64,000 bases of DNA from a virus (Duplodnaviria > Caudoviricetes), in the IMG/VR virus record IMGVR_UViG_3300033163_000002, positions 1,340 to 65,339 of that record; one strand, written 5' to 3'. A program made the translations under genes and the position numbers. Below the pieces are notes generated by a model. That model saw nothing but the letters and a program-made list of their open reading frames with translations. It was not told the DNA's origin and ran no database searches. Shown in pieces: positions 1 through 11,696 of this stretch. Positions within the stretch are counted from its first letter, which is position 1, and every line of letters starts with the position of its first letter.

Positions 1-1626
1 CACCGCATTTTCGGATCTGATAAATTTCCCCAATCGATCCGCCTTCAACATCAATTCATTATCACAACCCACATGGGCGTATCCTTTGTAAAAGAAAAAT
101 CCCCCCAATTCTTTCCGCAATTCAATCGGGGCAAACCAATGTTGACACTCCGTGGTGGTTGCTCGATCATTCAATGCCACCAGATTCACGCCTTTGCAAT
201 CATTGTAAGCATGGATCAGGAATCCCATCTTTGGTTCAGTGTCATCCCCCAGATACATCACATATTTGCATCCATTTTTCTGAGCCTGATCCACCAATTT
301 TTCAACCAGAATCGGCGCCCCAGATCTTTCAAATAAAGACAATTCAATTTTTCCATCCTGAAAAACTTCTTCCCCCTTCAATTGGGAAAAATATTCCTGA
401 TTTCCATCCACTCCCACAAAGATCCGGTAATTATCCACCACCGCATTTTTCTGAATATTCTGGATGCAATTGATCAATTGATCCCGGCGATTCAAGGAAG
501 GGATCACAATCCCAATATCCCCATCCATTTTATTGAACCATTTCCAATTGAAAAGGAATCGGGGATCATGTGGTTTATATCGCAAACATTCATCCACCGC
601 TATCTTCCCGGATTTCAGATCCCCCAAATGCCAATAAGCCATTGCCATGTAATCCTGTGGGACATATGTCTGGAATGGGATATAGTCGAAGAATAGGGTT
701 TTCGGGGTGTTCAGCCATGTGCTTGCCTGCATCCATTTGATCACATCCTGCCAATTCTTTTCCTCATAAGCCATTTTTCCCAACAAAATGTAGGGATCAC
801 AATAATTTTCTTCCACCAACATCGCTTCAAAGCAATATCTTTTTGCATTTACCAGATCCCCCTTTTCTTTGTAACACACGGCCATTTCATACATAGCCCG
901 ATGCTTTTCCGGGATCCAATTACTCAAAGGAATATATTTTTTGAAAGCTTCAATCGCCTGATCAAACAACCCATTATAAATGCATTCCTTCCCATAATAA
1001 AACAGATATCTGGGCAATTCTTCTGGGGTGCAATCATCCACCACTTTTTTCAGGATCCGCAGGTTCCTTGCCGTATTCTGGGTTCCTTTCCCCTCATCCC
1101 TGAAATGATGGAAGATAACTTCATCATTCCGGGTAGCGAATCTGGAGTCATGTTCAATGTATTCGTGGATTCTTCCCCGCCAACGCCCTGTGCCATTTTT
1201 GATGATCCGGAGCCGGTGGTATTTGAAATTGGGGATTTCCCCGGTTCCGGTGCTTTCATGGGAATAAATGTAGGGAAAATTGATCCCTGTGATTCTGGGA
1301 TCATCATCATATTGATGAACAATTTCCCTGAATCTTTCCGCCTGTCCTTTTCCCAAAATATCATCCGCATCCACCCACATGATCCAATCCCCGGTAGCAA
1401 AGGAAAAAGAATGATTCCGGGCGGCTCCAAAATCATCAATCCATTTGAAATGTTCCACCCGGGCACCCAATTCCTTCGCGATCTTCACTGTTTTGTCAGT
1501 GCTCCCGGTATCTACAATGATCAATTCATCGTAGCATCCTTCCATGCTCCGGATACATCGCTCCAGAACTGGTTCTTCATTTTTTACAATCAGACAAAGG
1601 CTGATTTTTTTTCTTTTCTTTTCCAT
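1..1626 (-). CDS. Glycosyltransferase family 2 + TPR + second GT2 domain (3' end runs off the window)
   Basis: Not in the ORF track. Translated by hand from ATG at 1626 with no stop to position 1: SLCLIVKNEE..LERCI..DELIIVDTGSTD..ARN..ATGDWIMWVDADD, helical TPR-like middle (YLFYYGKEC, AMYEMAVCY), then IGIVIPSLNRR..YLGDD (second GT2). Confidence 0.85.
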   Translation of the reverse strand, partial: MEKKRKKISLCLIVKNEEPVLERCIRSMEGCYDELIIVDTGSTDKTVKIAKELGARVEHFKWIDDFGAARNHSFSFATGDWIMWVDADDILGKGQAERFREIVHQYDDDPRITGINFPYIYSHESTGTGEIPNFKYHRLRIIKNGTGRWRGRIHEYIEHDSRFATRNDEVIFHHFRDEGKGTQNTARNLRILKKVVDDCTPEELPRYLFYYGKECIYNGLFDQAIEAFKKYIPLSNWIPEKHRAMYEMAVCYKEKGDLVNAKRYCFEAMLVEENYCDPYILLGKMAYEEKNWQDVIKWMQASTWLNTPKTLFFDYIPFQTYVPQDYMAMAYWHLGDLKSGKIAVDECLRYKPHDPRFLFNWKWFNKMDGDIGIVIPSLNRRDQLINCIQNIQKNAVVDNYRIFVGVDGNQEYFSQLKGEEVFQDGKIELSLFERSGAPILVEKLVDQAQKNGCKYVMYLGDDTEPKMGFLIHAYNDCKGVNLVALNDRATTTECQHWFAPIELRKELGGFFFYKGYAHVGCDNELMLKADRLGKFIRSENAV

Positions 1627-1642
1627 GTTTAGGGGGTTTAAA

Positions 1643-2302
1643 TTATCTAAATTGCTCCATATTGTTATAATAACACATCATTCCTGTTCCCGGCGCATAA
1701 GGGGATTCAGTTTCCCATGATGAAGCGCTTTCCACCAATTGAATCACAGATCCATCAAAATAAAACCGACTCCTCCAATTCAATGCTGTCCATATGTAAA
1801 CGTTTACCCCATCCACAAGGCGGACCACTGGATACGCCCCACCTTCAAAATCAACAACCTGTTCGGCTGTCGGCATTATTCCATCATTTTTAATAAAGCG
1901 AACTGATAATCCTTCCCGAATATGCCTTTCAATGGTGTCCAATGATTCATTGTTATACCATAATCTGGCCGCATATCGATAATCAGTAATATATAAAGTT
2001 GAAGTCCACCATAACATCTGAGTAAATTCCGAACCAAATCCCCCATATCTGTCACGAAAACTGGAAGGGATTCCACGAAAGCCATACGTATCTAACCCGA
2101 TTCCAGATGAACCTATTGCCCAATATCCAGAATCTTTCAATCTTTGCGCATTGGAAGCTATAGCAGATCGTAGATTAGTAATATCGGTAGCCGTAGGCAA
2201 TCGCCATCCAGATGGGGCAAAATTAGCATTGGAGACAGCATGATAATTATACAATGCCCCGAATTGCCGCAATCTTCCCCAGTATAATTTTTGTTCCAAC
2301 AT
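1643..2302 (-). CDS. FISUMP (Fibrobacter succinogenes major paralogous)-like domain protein, apparently circularly permuted; probable tail/receptor-binding accessory
   Basis: GALYNY.AV, PSGWRLPT, LKDSGYW, GFRGIP, WWTST, GLSVRFIK and CYYNN motifs. Confidence 0.7.
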   Translation of the reverse strand: MLEQKLYWGRLRQFGALYNYHAVSNANFAPSGWRLPTATDITNLRSAIASNAQRLKDSGYWAIGSSGIGLDTYGFRGIPSSFRDRYGGFGSEFTQMLWWTSTLYITDYRYAARLWYNNESLDTIERHIREGLSVRFIKNDGIMPTAEQVVDFEGGAYPVVRLVDGVNVYIWTALNWRSRFYFDGSVIQLVESASSWETESPYAPGTGMMCYYNNMEQFR

Positions 2303-5300
2303 TACCTACCTATTTTTTGCCAATGACAAACATAATGATCTGATGAAACATCCCCATAAACAGTAATGCTCACCACAAATCGTTTGGTGGAATCCCCCCA
2401 CGGAATGTAATACAATGGGACAGAATCCACCCAATTTCTGCCAACCAATGTGGGATATCCCGCCGTGTCTTTTTCAAACTCTACTTGGCGATTTGCCCCA
2501 ACTGAACTATGGGGAATGATTTCCACAAATATTGTATGGGCTGTTTCTAAATTTGTTGTGGGCCAATTTGTTGTGACTATTTTCAAAAGGGTGGTGGTTC
2601 CTGAATATAAAACCCCCATCTTTAAGCGATACCATTTCCCGCTCCTGACATCAACCAAAACATTTTCTGTAACCGTTCCCAAATCTTCCACCACCATTTC
2701 CGTTGCAGCGGGACCAGTCGATCCGGTAGGCCCCGTTGGCCCCAGATTCCCGGTAGATCCGGTAGGCCCCGTTGGCCCCAGATTCCCGGTAGATCCGGTA
2801 GGTCCCGTTGGCCCCAGATTCCCGGTAGATCCGGTAGATCCAGTAGGCCCTGTGGGTCCCAGATTCCCGGTAGATCCGGTAGATCCGGTAGGCCCTGTGG
2901 GTCCCAGATTCCCAGTAGATCCGGTAGATCCGGTAGGCCCTGTGGGTCCCAGATTCCCGGTGTTCCCTTTTGCCCCGGTCGGACCTGTGGGTCCCAGATT
3001 CCCGGTAGATCCGGTAGGCCCTGTGGGTCCCAGATTCCCAGTAGATCCGGTAGATCCGGTCGGACCTGTTGGTCCCAGATTCCCAGTATTCCCTTTTGCC
3101 CCGGTAGGCCCTGTGGGTCCCAGATTCCCGGTAGATCCGGTCGGACCTGTGGGACCCAGATTCCCGGTAGATCCGGTAGATCCGGTCGGACCTGTTGGTC
3201 CCAGATTCCCAGTATTCCCTTTTGCCCCGGTAGGCCCTGTGGGTCCCAGATTCCCCTGACTCCCAGTGGATCCGGTCGGACCTGTTGGTCCCAGATTCCC
3301 GGTAGATCCGGTCGGCCCTGTGGGTCCATGATCCCCATGATCCCCGGTCGGCCCTGTGGGTCCTTCCATTTTTGTGACCTGCTCAATGGCTTCCTGTACA
3401 TTATCGGCAGTAACGCCGCCAGTAGGCGCAAAAACAACCTCCTGGGCCGATGGAATTACCAATTCGGGGGATCCATCCACCGGATTCATGCGCAGGTATT
3501 TGCCCCATTTCTGCTCGTCTACGGGCGCAAGATGATAAGCGATATCATCCACCTCATGCGCCAACTTCATGGAAGGGGAAACAACCGCAGCACTCCCCCG
3601 GGCGCTTTCCCCATTCACAGATGTCAATTGCCTTTCTTCAAAATCAAAGGAAACATCCGTAGGAATCATTTCTTCCACCACCAACCGGACATTCATCATC
3701 CGATAATCCCTTTCCAGATCCAAAATCCGATATTTCTTAACAACCCCATCCCGCGGAAATTGAAGAATATTCCCGATTGAAATAGTGTCGTCTGGATCTT
3801 CCACTGTGATCATCAAATAATCCTTATAACGTTGGCGATCAGAAAGATATTGCAGGGCGTAGAGTTCAATGAAAGATCTGGCTGTGGCATCCCCTTCCCG
3901 GAACCAAGCCACCGTGACCTCTTCCTCTTCTGAATCCCCGATCAGGAAAGCCCCCAGATCCGTCGGCCGGGGGGAATCGGCGAAATAAAGATCATGCTCT
4001 TCCACGATCTTTCCCTTTTCAATCGATGCCACAAATAATCGATCAAATGTAACATTTCCTGATAATGCATCTTCCCCCGCCAATGAAACTTGCCGAATCC
4101 CAATATTATACATGACCATATTGGCCACAAATGTTTTATGATCAGGATGCAATGCAAAATAGAAATGGAATTCAATTTCGTAATCCCCCTCTTCCACAAT
4201 TCGCAATGCCGGATCCACCCCACTCATGTAGGGTTTCGGGGGGTTGTTGGGGGAAATTGTTTCAATCAAAAATCTGGATCCTTCAGCATAATGGATGGAT
4301 CCATCTGGGCGGGTCACCTGAATCAACATATTTGGAACTCCAAATGCGTTGAAATCCCCCATGATCCGCTCAACAAAGCCATCAAAGGAAACCTGTATGT
4401 AATCAGAATCAGTAATCGGGATGAAATTAAGCGCCTGCTTATAAATCATCTTCATTGGTAGATTGGAATCCCTGAAAAATTGCATGGAAATCCGATTCCG
4501 AAGCGGGGGCCTGCGTTCAATTTCTTCAACAAGCAACCAATTTTCAAAATCATAATTGTCAAAATCATTGAAATCCGCCGATATTTCTCCCAGATTCCGG
4601 TTGTAATGGGTGATGTTCATCCTTTTTACCGGGGGGATCATGGATAATGATCCCCGGCGATGGAATTTGTAGGTAGAAATATCCAATAAATCGGCGGCGG
4701 CTATCCGGGATCCGGGATCCAGTGTTTCCCAATCTACGGGATAATACCATGTATCAATTTCATGAAGATTCTGGATTTCATAAACACCCCGATTCTGCCG
4801 AAGAATCGCCCGATATCCTTTCAATGTCTTTTCCAACACCGCCAAACAGGTGTCATACTCCATTCGGGTGTCCAGTGAAATGATCTGCCCAGATCTGGGA
4901 GAAATCCCGATTGGGGCGGAAGCATGCATGGGATTGAAGGATGACAAAGATTTATCAACCGCAAATCTGCGAGTGTTCACTTTCTTTTCCAACCATGACA
5001 ACTCAGTCGGGGATTGTGATTCTTCCCTGATCCCAACTTTAATCATAAATGGAAGATGGATCCCGATGGGGGCAATAGCATCCCGGATCACCTGCATGAC
5101 AGAAATAATCCCATCAGTATCAAAATTATGCTCTCCCAGATCCCGCAAGCCATCCGTGGCAGATAATTCAATCCGGATCACATAATCCAGAATGGTGCGA
5201 TCCATCATGTCCGGTTGAAGATATCCAACCCATTCTACCTCCGAATCCTTTTCCAATTCAATCCGCCAATCCCGGTATTCACTCTGGAATAATTCATCAG

Positions 5301-5790
5301 TGAACCCAATTTCTGATTTGTAGATTTCAAAGGCCACATGGAGAGTGCTCCCCTGCACCGCCACCTGCTCCCCTTTGTTCAGTCCGATATATTTTTTTCG
5401 CAATGGGGTAGATCCCAGAAACTTGATTTCCGTAGATTCCCCATCATAATCGGCAAGGTGGAAGGATAATCTATACAGGGAATTGTCTTTGAAATCCCTG
5501 AATTCCGCATAATATTTTTCCGTGGATGGAACTACATTTTTCAGGGAAAGGGTAAAATCTGTTCGGGTGTCTGTGGCCCCATGCGATACCGTCTTCCCCT
5601 GACTAACATATCCATCCTTTTCCACAAACACATAATAGGTATTCGGGGATACTGACAGAATTCCATAAAACCCATGAATGTCGGTGAAGGTGGAAGCCAC
5701 CGTTCCGGATCCTTCCAGATTGATCGTGACCCGGGCCCCAACGACCTCAAAGCCATTTACATCCTTCACCCACCCAAACATCATTGCCAT
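2302..5790 (-). CDS. Large tail/baseplate protein with N-terminal carboxypeptidase-regulatory-like beta domain and collagen-like Gly-X-Y region
   Basis: Directly downstream of the tape measure gene; GARVTI..T.TD..GFY..L..G.Y.V.VEKDGY motif; long (GPT/GST/GNL)n stretch; AAGGAGG SD 8 nt before ATG. Confidence 0.75.
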   Translation of the reverse strand: MAMMFGWVKDVNGFEVVGARVTINLEGSGTVASTFTDIHGFYGILSVSPNTYYVFVEKDGYVSQGKTVSHGATDTRTDFTLSLKNVVPSTEKYYAEFRDFKDNSLYRLSFHLADYDGESTEIKFLGSTPLRKKYIGLNKGEQVAVQGSTLHVAFEIYKSEIGFTDELFQSEYRDWRIELEKDSEVEWVGYLQPDMMDRTILDYVIRIELSATDGLRDLGEHNFDTDGIISVMQVIRDAIAPIGIHLPFMIKVGIREESQSPTELSWLEKKVNTRRFAVDKSLSSFNPMHASAPIGISPRSGQIISLDTRMEYDTCLAVLEKTLKGYRAILRQNRGVYEIQNLHEIDTWYYPVDWETLDPGSRIAAADLLDISTYKFHRRGSLSMIPPVKRMNITHYNRNLGEISADFNDFDNYDFENWLLVEEIERRPPLRNRISMQFFRDSNLPMKMIYKQALNFIPITDSDYIQVSFDGFVERIMGDFNAFGVPNMLIQVTRPDGSIHYAEGSRFLIETISPNNPPKPYMSGVDPALRIVEEGDYEIEFHFYFALHPDHKTFVANMVMYNIGIRQVSLAGEDALSGNVTFDRLFVASIEKGKIVEEHDLYFADSPRPTDLGAFLIGDSEEEEVTVAWFREGDATARSFIELYALQYLSDRQRYKDYLMITVEDPDDTISIGNILQFPRDGVVKKYRILDLERDYRMMNVRLVVEEMIPTDVSFDFEERQLTSVNGESARGSAAVVSPSMKLAHEVDDIAYHLAPVDEQKWGKYLRMNPVDGSPELVIPSAQEVVFAPTGGVTADNVQEAIEQVTKMEGPTGPTGDHGDHGPTGPTGSTGNLGPTGPTGSTGSQGNLGPTGPTGAKGNTGNLGPTGPTGSTGSTGNLGPTGPTGSTGNLGPTGPTGAKGNTGNLGPTGPTGSTGSTGNLGPTGPTGSTGNLGPTGPTGAKGNTGNLGPTGPTGSTGSTGNLGPTGPTGSTGSTGNLGPTGPTGSTGSTGNLGPTGPTGSTGNLGPTGPTGSTGNLGPTGPTGSTGPAATEMVVEDLGTVTENVLVDVRSGKWYRLKMGVLYSGTTTLLKIVTTNWPTTNLETAHTIFVEIIPHSSVGANRQVEFEKDTAGYPTLVGRNWVDSVPLYYIPWGDSTKRFVVSITVYGDVSSDHYVCHWQKIGR
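2711..3363 (-). repeat. Collagen-like tandem repeats ([12 protein letters not shown]) within the tail protein
   Basis: Repeated ggtcccagattcccggtagatccggtaggccc units. Confidence 0.95.
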
Positions 5791-8700
5791 TATCGCATCC
5801 TCCTTGCTTCTTCACTCAAATACATAAGCAGATCTGTTCCCGCCCGCTCAATCCGGGCAACCAATTCCCCTGATTCCCCTGATCCAAATGAATTTGCGGA
5901 ACGGGCTTCCGGAGCAGGAATGACCTCTTCCCCGGATGATAACCAAGCCGGGTATGTGTCATTTGGAAAACCATCCGGGATTCTTCCCCCTCTTGCCAAT
6001 TTTGGGGCTTCCAATCCCTTCGCCATGAATGATTTGATAGCCGCCCCGGCGGCCACAAGGGCAAACCCCGCCGCAATCGCCGCATATGGATTGGAAAGGG
6101 ATTGAAGAAATGCCTTTGCCGCTACCCCTTGAGCAATAAACAATTTTCCCAATTGCTGAAAGGAATCCCCTACGAAATTCACAATCATCGCCATCCCATC
6201 CGTGAAATCTTTCTGACCGGTGATCATCCCGGCAAAAGCATCCGCTGTTGTGCTTAACAATCCTTCCAGAATCCCGGTCATCGCCATTCCCAACTGTTGG
6301 GCATTTGCCAACATTCTTTCCGTGGTATCATCCTGAGTCAATGCCAATTCTTCCCATGTCTGCTTCAACCCCTGAATGGCTTCTTCGCTGGGATCAATCC
6401 CTGCCCGGATCATATCTTCCATGGTCCGCTCAAGCAACCGCATCTGCTCCTGAATCGGATCCATGTCAAAGATTTCCGCCATGTCATGGATTTCCCGCAA
6501 TCCTTTCTGATATTCATTTAAAGCGGCAAGAATATCCGGATCCGCCTTGTGGGTCTTTTCCTGCAATTGGGGTCCGGTCGGAATTCCGATCCCTGTCATC
6601 CTTTTGGGACCCCCTGCCATGATATCGATCAGGGCCGTGTATTTTTTGATTTCCTTTTCAATCTCCAACTGCCTTTTCCGGGATTCAATGATATGAGTCA
6701 GGGATGTGGCTTGGATTTCGGCATCCCGCCAAAATTTCAATTCTTCATTCAATTTTTCCAGAATCCCCAATTCCCGTTCCGTTTCCCCGGCCAATCCGGC
6801 GACGGATCCAGTAAGATCATCCACTGCTTTTTTGGTTCCATCCACCGACTTGGTGGTATCATCCACTGCTTTTTTGGTTCCATCCACCGACTTGGTGGTA
6901 TCATCCATCGCCTCCCCCAATTCTTTCTCACCATCGATGATGATATTCATCAGGGATTCCCGATTTTCCAGATATTGGTTTTCGGCTTCTTCCCGATTCC
7001 GCATCGACATCCGATGGGCCGCCGCATGGGCCTGTCCCATGCTGATCTGCCCAGCCATCCCGACCCGGAGTTTCTGCCAGAAATTTAATTGGGCATCGGA
7101 TCCATCCTTCAGCACTTGGATCCTTTCCTTTTCCAATTCCACGAGCATATCTTCGGCGGCTTGGATCCGGGCTTTCTTCAGCAGGGATTCAATATACTTT
7201 TCCGCCGCTTCCCGGGCGCCATTCAATCCCTCTTTTTCCAATTCCAGATTACCGAAATATTCCGGACTGATCTTGTTCAATTCCTGAAGCGCCCGTTGGC
7301 GTTGTTCCAAAGTGGCATGCTCTGATTCCGCCACCCGGATCAATTTTTCGACCTCAACTCGTTGTTTGGCCACGCTTTTTTCGGCTTCAGCATTGACCGA
7401 CGTGGTAATATCCCCGGTCTTTCTGGATTGGATTCCCAATAATGCCAAGGCGGCAATCAATCCCCCCACCAAGGTGATAATAGCCCCGATGGGATTTGCC
7501 GCCATTGCCACATTCAGGGCAACCATAGCCGTCCGGGCAATAAGAAAAGCATTCCGAACAGCGATCACAACCTTTACCAATCCCCCGAAAAGACTAAATA
7601 ATTTCCCCAGAATAACCAACATAGGACCCAAAGCGGCCACCAAAGCCAGAACAGTCACCAGGGTGCGCTTTATCCCATCATCCAGATTGGTGAACCATTC
7701 AGCAAATCTGGCTAACCATCCTGATAATTTTTCCATTGCAGGGATGACCACTTCCGCCACAGATGCCCCGACGGCCGTCAAAGCAGTTTTCCCTGATGCC
7801 AATGCCTTTTGCCATTTGAATTCTGCTGTTTCCGAAGCCGCATCAAAAGCATGATCCAAAGCCCCGGTAGCATCTTTCAATGATTCAAAGATTGCAATAT
7901 TATCCGCCGCATTCATCCCCATCAGGTCAAGCACCCCCATCATAGCCCGGATATTGGGAACAACCCGACCCATTGCTTCCTCCCCGAACTCCCGGGTTTT
8001 TTCCCGAAGCGTACCTAACATATGGATCAATCCCTCTTCCCGCATCTGGCGGCGCAATCCCTCCGAACTCATTCCCATTTCTTCCAACGCCTTTTTAGCA
8101 TCATTTGTAGGCTTGGTCAATGCGGCCAGAATCCCCCTTAACTGGGTGGATGCGATGGTGGCTTCCGTACCTGTTCTGGTCATGGCGGCAATGGCTGCCC
8201 CCACCTGATCAAAGGAAACCCCCATTTCGGATGCGATGGGAAGAACCTGACCCATAACAGCGGCCAATTCCGATGCTTCGGCCTTCCCTTCCCTTACCGC
8301 CGCCACAAGGATATCCGCCGCCTGGGTGGCATTCAGATTTTCAGCCCCATAAGCGTTGATAGCAGATGTCAAAAGATCAGCGACCACCTTGGTTTCCCCC
8401 AATCCCGCTGCGGACGCCTTGGCGGAAATCCGAAGCACATCCATTGCCTGAGCACCCCGCATACCAGCCGAAGTGACAAAGAATAACGCATCGGCTAATT
8501 CCTTTGGAGATTTCCCCAATTCCGGAGCCATTTTCAGAATATCCTGACTCCACCCATCGACTTGATCCCTTGCCACCCCAACAAGACCAACAATTTTGGA
8601 CATGGAAGATTCAAAATCCTTTTGCATCTTAAATGCCCCGGTCCCAAGCGCCACAATTGGCAAAGTTAAATTTCTGGAGAGGGTGCCACCGACTCTGCTC

Positions 8701-8864
8701 AGATCTTTTCCGATCTTGTCAGCAGTTTCCGAAATTTGACGCAGACTTCTGGACATCCGATTGGATGATTCCTGCATTTTCGCCTCAGCCTCCCGCATAG
8801 AATTATACAAGGGATTCAGATCCGCTCCGATGCTCGCAATCAAATTTGCTATAACATTCGACAT
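5790..8864 (-). CDS. Tail tape measure protein (TP901-like domain)
   Basis: ~1025 aa, Ala/Gly-rich helical; [18 protein letters not shown]-terminal motif; follows the tail chaperones. Start placed at MSNVIANL (8864). Confidence 0.92.
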   Translation of the reverse strand: MSNVIANLIASIGADLNPLYNSMREAEAKMQESSNRMSRSLRQISETADKIGKDLSRVGGTLSRNLTLPIVALGTGAFKMQKDFESSMSKIVGLVGVARDQVDGWSQDILKMAPELGKSPKELADALFFVTSAGMRGAQAMDVLRISAKASAAGLGETKVVADLLTSAINAYGAENLNATQAADILVAAVREGKAEASELAAVMGQVLPIASEMGVSFDQVGAAIAAMTRTGTEATIASTQLRGILAALTKPTNDAKKALEEMGMSSEGLRRQMREEGLIHMLGTLREKTREFGEEAMGRVVPNIRAMMGVLDLMGMNAADNIAIFESLKDATGALDHAFDAASETAEFKWQKALASGKTALTAVGASVAEVVIPAMEKLSGWLARFAEWFTNLDDGIKRTLVTVLALVAALGPMLVILGKLFSLFGGLVKVVIAVRNAFLIARTAMVALNVAMAANPIGAIITLVGGLIAALALLGIQSRKTGDITTSVNAEAEKSVAKQRVEVEKLIRVAESEHATLEQRQRALQELNKISPEYFGNLELEKEGLNGAREAAEKYIESLLKKARIQAAEDMLVELEKERIQVLKDGSDAQLNFWQKLRVGMAGQISMGQAHAAAHRMSMRNREEAENQYLENRESLMNIIIDGEKELGEAMDDTTKSVDGTKKAVDDTTKSVDGTKKAVDDLTGSVAGLAGETERELGILEKLNEELKFWRDAEIQATSLTHIIESRKRQLEIEKEIKKYTALIDIMAGGPKRMTGIGIPTGPQLQEKTHKADPDILAALNEYQKGLREIHDMAEIFDMDPIQEQMRLLERTMEDMIRAGIDPSEEAIQGLKQTWEELALTQDDTTERMLANAQQLGMAMTGILEGLLSTTADAFAGMITGQKDFTDGMAMIVNFVGDSFQQLGKLFIAQGVAAKAFLQSLSNPYAAIAAGFALVAAGAAIKSFMAKGLEAPKLARGGRIPDGFPNDTYPAWLSSGEEVIPAPEARSANSFGSGESGELVARIERAGTDLLMYLSEEARRMR
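6816..6907. repeat. Perfect 42-bp tandem duplication in tape measure gene ([14 protein letters not shown] x2)
   Basis: atcatccactgcttttttggttccatccaccgacttggtggt at 6816-6857 and 6858-6899, plus a partial third copy. Confidence 0.9.
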
Positions 8865-8868
8865 CTTT

Positions 8869-9234
8869 TCACTTTTTTCTGTTGCTCTTGCGCTTTTCCC
8901 TTTTATCAATCCGGGCGTTCTGATGGAAAGCGATGCCCATCAGAATCCCCTTCATTTCATCAGGGGATTGTTTTCTCTGGGGGCTTTCCTTGTCCCACGG
9001 GAAGGGGAAAACCTGCTCCATCCGATCAAATGGTCGTTTCAGAACTTTCCCCGCTGAATTCCAAACATGAAAGGCGATGAATCTGGCAGATTCAAAGGCC
9101 AATTCCTGATCAAACTGGGATTGAAGCTGAATGGTTTCAGCATGATCCCGGAGTGCTATATGGAATTCCCGTGGTGTTGTATCAAAGAACGCATCTACTG
9201 ATAAACCAAATCTGGAAAGAGCAATCCCGCTCAA
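8869..9234 (-). CDS. Tail assembly chaperone, C-terminal (gpT-like) frame
   Basis: Precedes the TMP gene and has no good start of its own. It is in the -1 frame relative to the upstream chaperone through the slippery site. Confidence 0.7.
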   Translation of the reverse strand: MSGIALSRFGLSVDAFFDTTPREFHIALRDHAETIQLQSQFDQELAFESARFIAFHVWNSAGKVLKRPFDRMEQVFPFPWDKESPQRKQSPDEMKGILMGIAFHQNARIDKREKRKSNRKK

Positions 9235-9254
9235 ATAATCGATGTCACCCTCAA

Positions 9255-9575
9255 CTACTTTCCCGATTTCTTTTTCCCCGCTTCCCCCGGATTCATTGGT
9301 TCCAGATTGGGGAAGAATTCAGGGATCAATTTCATGAACTCGAAAAACACCTCATCCATGACATCCTCCATTTGATCCATTTGGAATTCAAAAGGGATTC
9401 CCATCTTTTTTGCCCCCCTTTCCAAAGCATAATATAGCAGGATTTCGTATGTTTCAAAATCCGTGCTTTCCATATTTTCCAACGATTTCCCTGTTTTTTC
9501 TTTCAGCATTTTCAATGCGTAATAGGAAACACGAATGGGATGATCTTTTCCGTTGATCTTCAAATATTTTACCAT
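9255..9575 (-). CDS. Tail assembly chaperone (gpG-like)
   Basis: 106 aa between tail tube and TMP genes; ends in the slippery site. Confidence 0.75.
   Translation of the reverse strand: MVKYLKINGKDHPIRVSYYALKMLKEKTGKSLENMESTDFETYEILLYYALERGAKKMGIPFEFQMDQMEDVMDEVFFEFMKLIPEFFPNLEPMNPGEAGKKKSGK
9258..9264 (-). other. Programmed -1 frameshift slippery heptamer G GGA AAG (lambda G/GT type)
   Basis: TCG GGA AAG TAG at the end of the chaperone; a -1 shift reads GKVVEGDIDYLSGIAL.. in frame with 8869-9234. Confidence 0.8.
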
Positions 9576-9629
9576 TGTTTTGATTATTTTGGGTTTATAA
9601 CAAAATCCCTGATTAGGATCTCTAAATCA

Positions 9630-10043
9630 TTAGGCAGATTCCCCATCAACAAGGACTTTGCCTACAATTTTGATTGTGACATCCGCTGTCATTTTATCCC
9701 CGGTGGGAACATTCAGCGGGAGCTCGGTGACCAATCCTTCAAAAGTGAAGGTTGTTTCCTCTTCATCCGGGAGCTCAATGGCATAATCAACAGGATCATC
9801 GCTTTCAAAATCCTCTTTGAAAAGCAGGTAGGTCGCACGCGTAAAATTCATATTCAGCGTGATTGTTCCCGCATCCCGCAAGGATCCGATAAAGCGGCGA
9901 TATCCATCGATAACATCCAATGTGGTGACATCGACGGTTTCCCGCGACATCCCCGGCCCGGAGATGGAAATGATTTCAGCAACCGGCGAGGTATTTCTTT
10001 TGAAAATAGTGCCTTGTCCGGTCATTGCATTTGATTCGCTCAT
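9630..10043 (-). CDS. Major tail tube protein
   Basis: AEIISISGPG.SRETVDVTTL..GY.RFI.SLRDAG.ITL..NF motif; AAAGGAGG SD 7 nt upstream of ATG 10043. Confidence 0.88.
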   Translation of the reverse strand: MSESNAMTGQGTIFKRNTSPVAEIISISGPGMSRETVDVTTLDVIDGYRRFIGSLRDAGTITLNMNFTRATYLLFKEDFESDDPVDYAIELPDEEETTFTFEGLVTELPLNVPTGDKMTADVTIKIVGKVLVDGESA

Positions 10044-10047
10044 AATT

Positions 10048-10443
10048 TTACCTCCTTTGGATTTCAAAATTTACATAAATTAAAAACCGATCATTATCAT
10101 CCCTTCCCAGCAAGGCAGGTCCGCCGGAACATCTGATAATGCTATAATAAGCCCCACCCCATGACTCATGTGCCCGTCCATGAAGTGTGGTCTTTATTCT
10201 TTCAGCCAGATCCCATCCTTCCCGGAAATCTGAATTCCTGATCCGGATCTGGATGGATGGGTATTCGTATATTTCCGCCCGATTGAAAGTCAATTGCGGG
10301 GGGAAAGAATCAGTATCATATATGGTCACACAATGGGAAGGATCCATTGGTTCCCGGGCGATGTAAAGATTCTTTGCGAAAACCAATTTCAAAGATTTTT
10401 CCGCGCATAACATATCCTTCACATCTATGCTGGGTGCATTCAT
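10048..10443 (-). CDS. Tail terminator/tail completion protein
   Basis: Position in neck-tail operon; YPSIQIRIR, LG.DDN.R..I.VNF motifs. Confidence 0.7.
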   Translation of the reverse strand: MNAPSIDVKDMLCAEKSLKLVFAKNLYIAREPMDPSHCVTIYDTDSFPPQLTFNRAEIYEYPSIQIRIRNSDFREGWDLAERIKTTLHGRAHESWGGAYYSIIRCSGGPALLGRDDNDRFLIYVNFEIQRR

Positions 10444-10946
10444 TTCTTTGCCCTCCGTTTGATCGCTTCAATGATCTGATTTGTGTTGTTCTTCATGGCC
10501 GCTTCCAAAAATCGGGGACCCGCCCCGGTTCTTTTAAATTTAGCTTCCAGATTTTCATGAACATAAACCGCATAATTGGCGGAAAATCCCATCAATAGTG
10601 TAGGATTCCGGGGGGAAGCACTCCGAACCGCTCGCAGGGCGGCCGCCTTTGCCACCTGATGATCCGCTTCCAATTTCTGCTTATTCTTCCCTTTGAACTC
10701 TTCCCCGGATTCCCCGGTTCCCCGGGTTGTGGCAGTAAACCATGATGCCCGCAGATTCCCCTGATCAACCGGCACCCGTCTGGATGGTTGTTTATCCATC
10801 GCGCGCCTAATAATTATGGATGCTTCAATCATCCCAGACAATGCCTTGTCGGCAATGGAATCGGCTTCCCGGTTCAGTGCTTCCATGAACTCCCGGATTC
10901 CTTTCAATTCAAAATCTTTTTCCTTTCTTCCCAGATCCAACATCAC
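10440..10946 (-). CDS. HK97 gp10-like neck protein
   Basis: VPVDQGNLRAS and NYAVYVHE..GPRFLE motifs. Confidence 0.75.
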   Translation of the reverse strand: MMLDLGRKEKDFELKGIREFMEALNREADSIADKALSGMIEASIIIRRAMDKQPSRRVPVDQGNLRASWFTATTRGTGESGEEFKGKNKQKLEADHQVAKAAALRAVRSASPRNPTLLMGFSANYAVYVHENLEAKFKRTGAGPRFLEAAMKNNTNQIIEAIKRRAKK

Positions 10947-11326
10947 ACATATGCTTTTCTGACAAATTCCTTGGTTGAAAAGATCATTGACACCTTGTCA
11001 AATCGCTTAATTTTATAGGCGCCCGGGATCTTTCTGGGATCCAGAACCTCCCCCAATTGATCCACTTTGACGCTTTCCGGTAGATCATCCATTTCCCCCA
11101 ACCATAACCACCCACCCTCATCCAGATCGATTGTGGTCATGATTTCCGCTTTCGACACCACCTCATCCCCTTTGGAATCCGTGATTACTTCGGTCTTTTC
11201 ATCCCATCGCACGGGTATTTCCTGCGGTTCCCCGAATTGGATCCCCCCATACCCATCAGGAACGGGTTCCGGCCAATATAACGCCCGCTGAACACAGACT
11301 GTTTTGATAAAACTTTCAATGCCCAT
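10943..11326 (-). CDS. Head closure/stopper protein
   Basis: Start refined to MGIESFIK (11326); beta-rich; lies between adaptor and gp10-like genes. Confidence 0.6.
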   Translation of the reverse strand: MGIESFIKTVCVQRALYWPEPVPDGYGGIQFGEPQEIPVRWDEKTEVITDSKGDEVVSKAEIMTTIDLDEGGWLWLGEMDDLPESVKVDQLGEVLDPRKIPGAYKIKRFDKVSMIFSTKEFVRKAYV

Positions 11327-11330
11327 GATA

Positions 11331-11696
11331 TTATGATTTAATGGCCTTGATAAACATCCCTTTCTTCCCCAAAGCCGCCAATCGACCGGTGATATCCATC
11401 GACATCGCCACCTGACCATACGGAGTGCTCGCAAGATTCTCCCCATATTCCCCGGTGTATTCAATGAATGCCCCGCCGGCCCCGGCTTTCTTCGCCATCC
11501 TTTCTCTGGAAGATGCAATCAGATGCGCCGTCAACCACCGCTCCACTTCCGCCAAAAGATCCTCCCCCAATCCCTTATTACCCAGCAATCGAGTTAACAG
11601 GGTATTGGCCCCATCGATGTAAGATTGAATATCAACCTCACTGATTTCATTCGGCTCCATGATGGTCCGAACCTTTTCTACTGTTGTCCTTGCCAT
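11331..11696 (-). CDS. Head-tail adaptor/connector
   Basis: Helical; E.WLTAHL..ST.YG motif typical of phage adaptors; position. Confidence 0.65.
   Translation of the reverse strand: MARTTVEKVRTIMEPNEISEVDIQSYIDGANTLLTRLLGNKGLGEDLLAEVERWLTAHLIASSRERMAKKAGAGGAFIEYTGEYGENLASTPYGQVAMSMDITGRLAALGKKGMFIKAIKS

Noticed and set aside
1643-2302. Diversity-generating retroelement targeting the FISUMP gene
   Set aside because: No reverse transcriptase and no template/variable repeat pair seen in the window.
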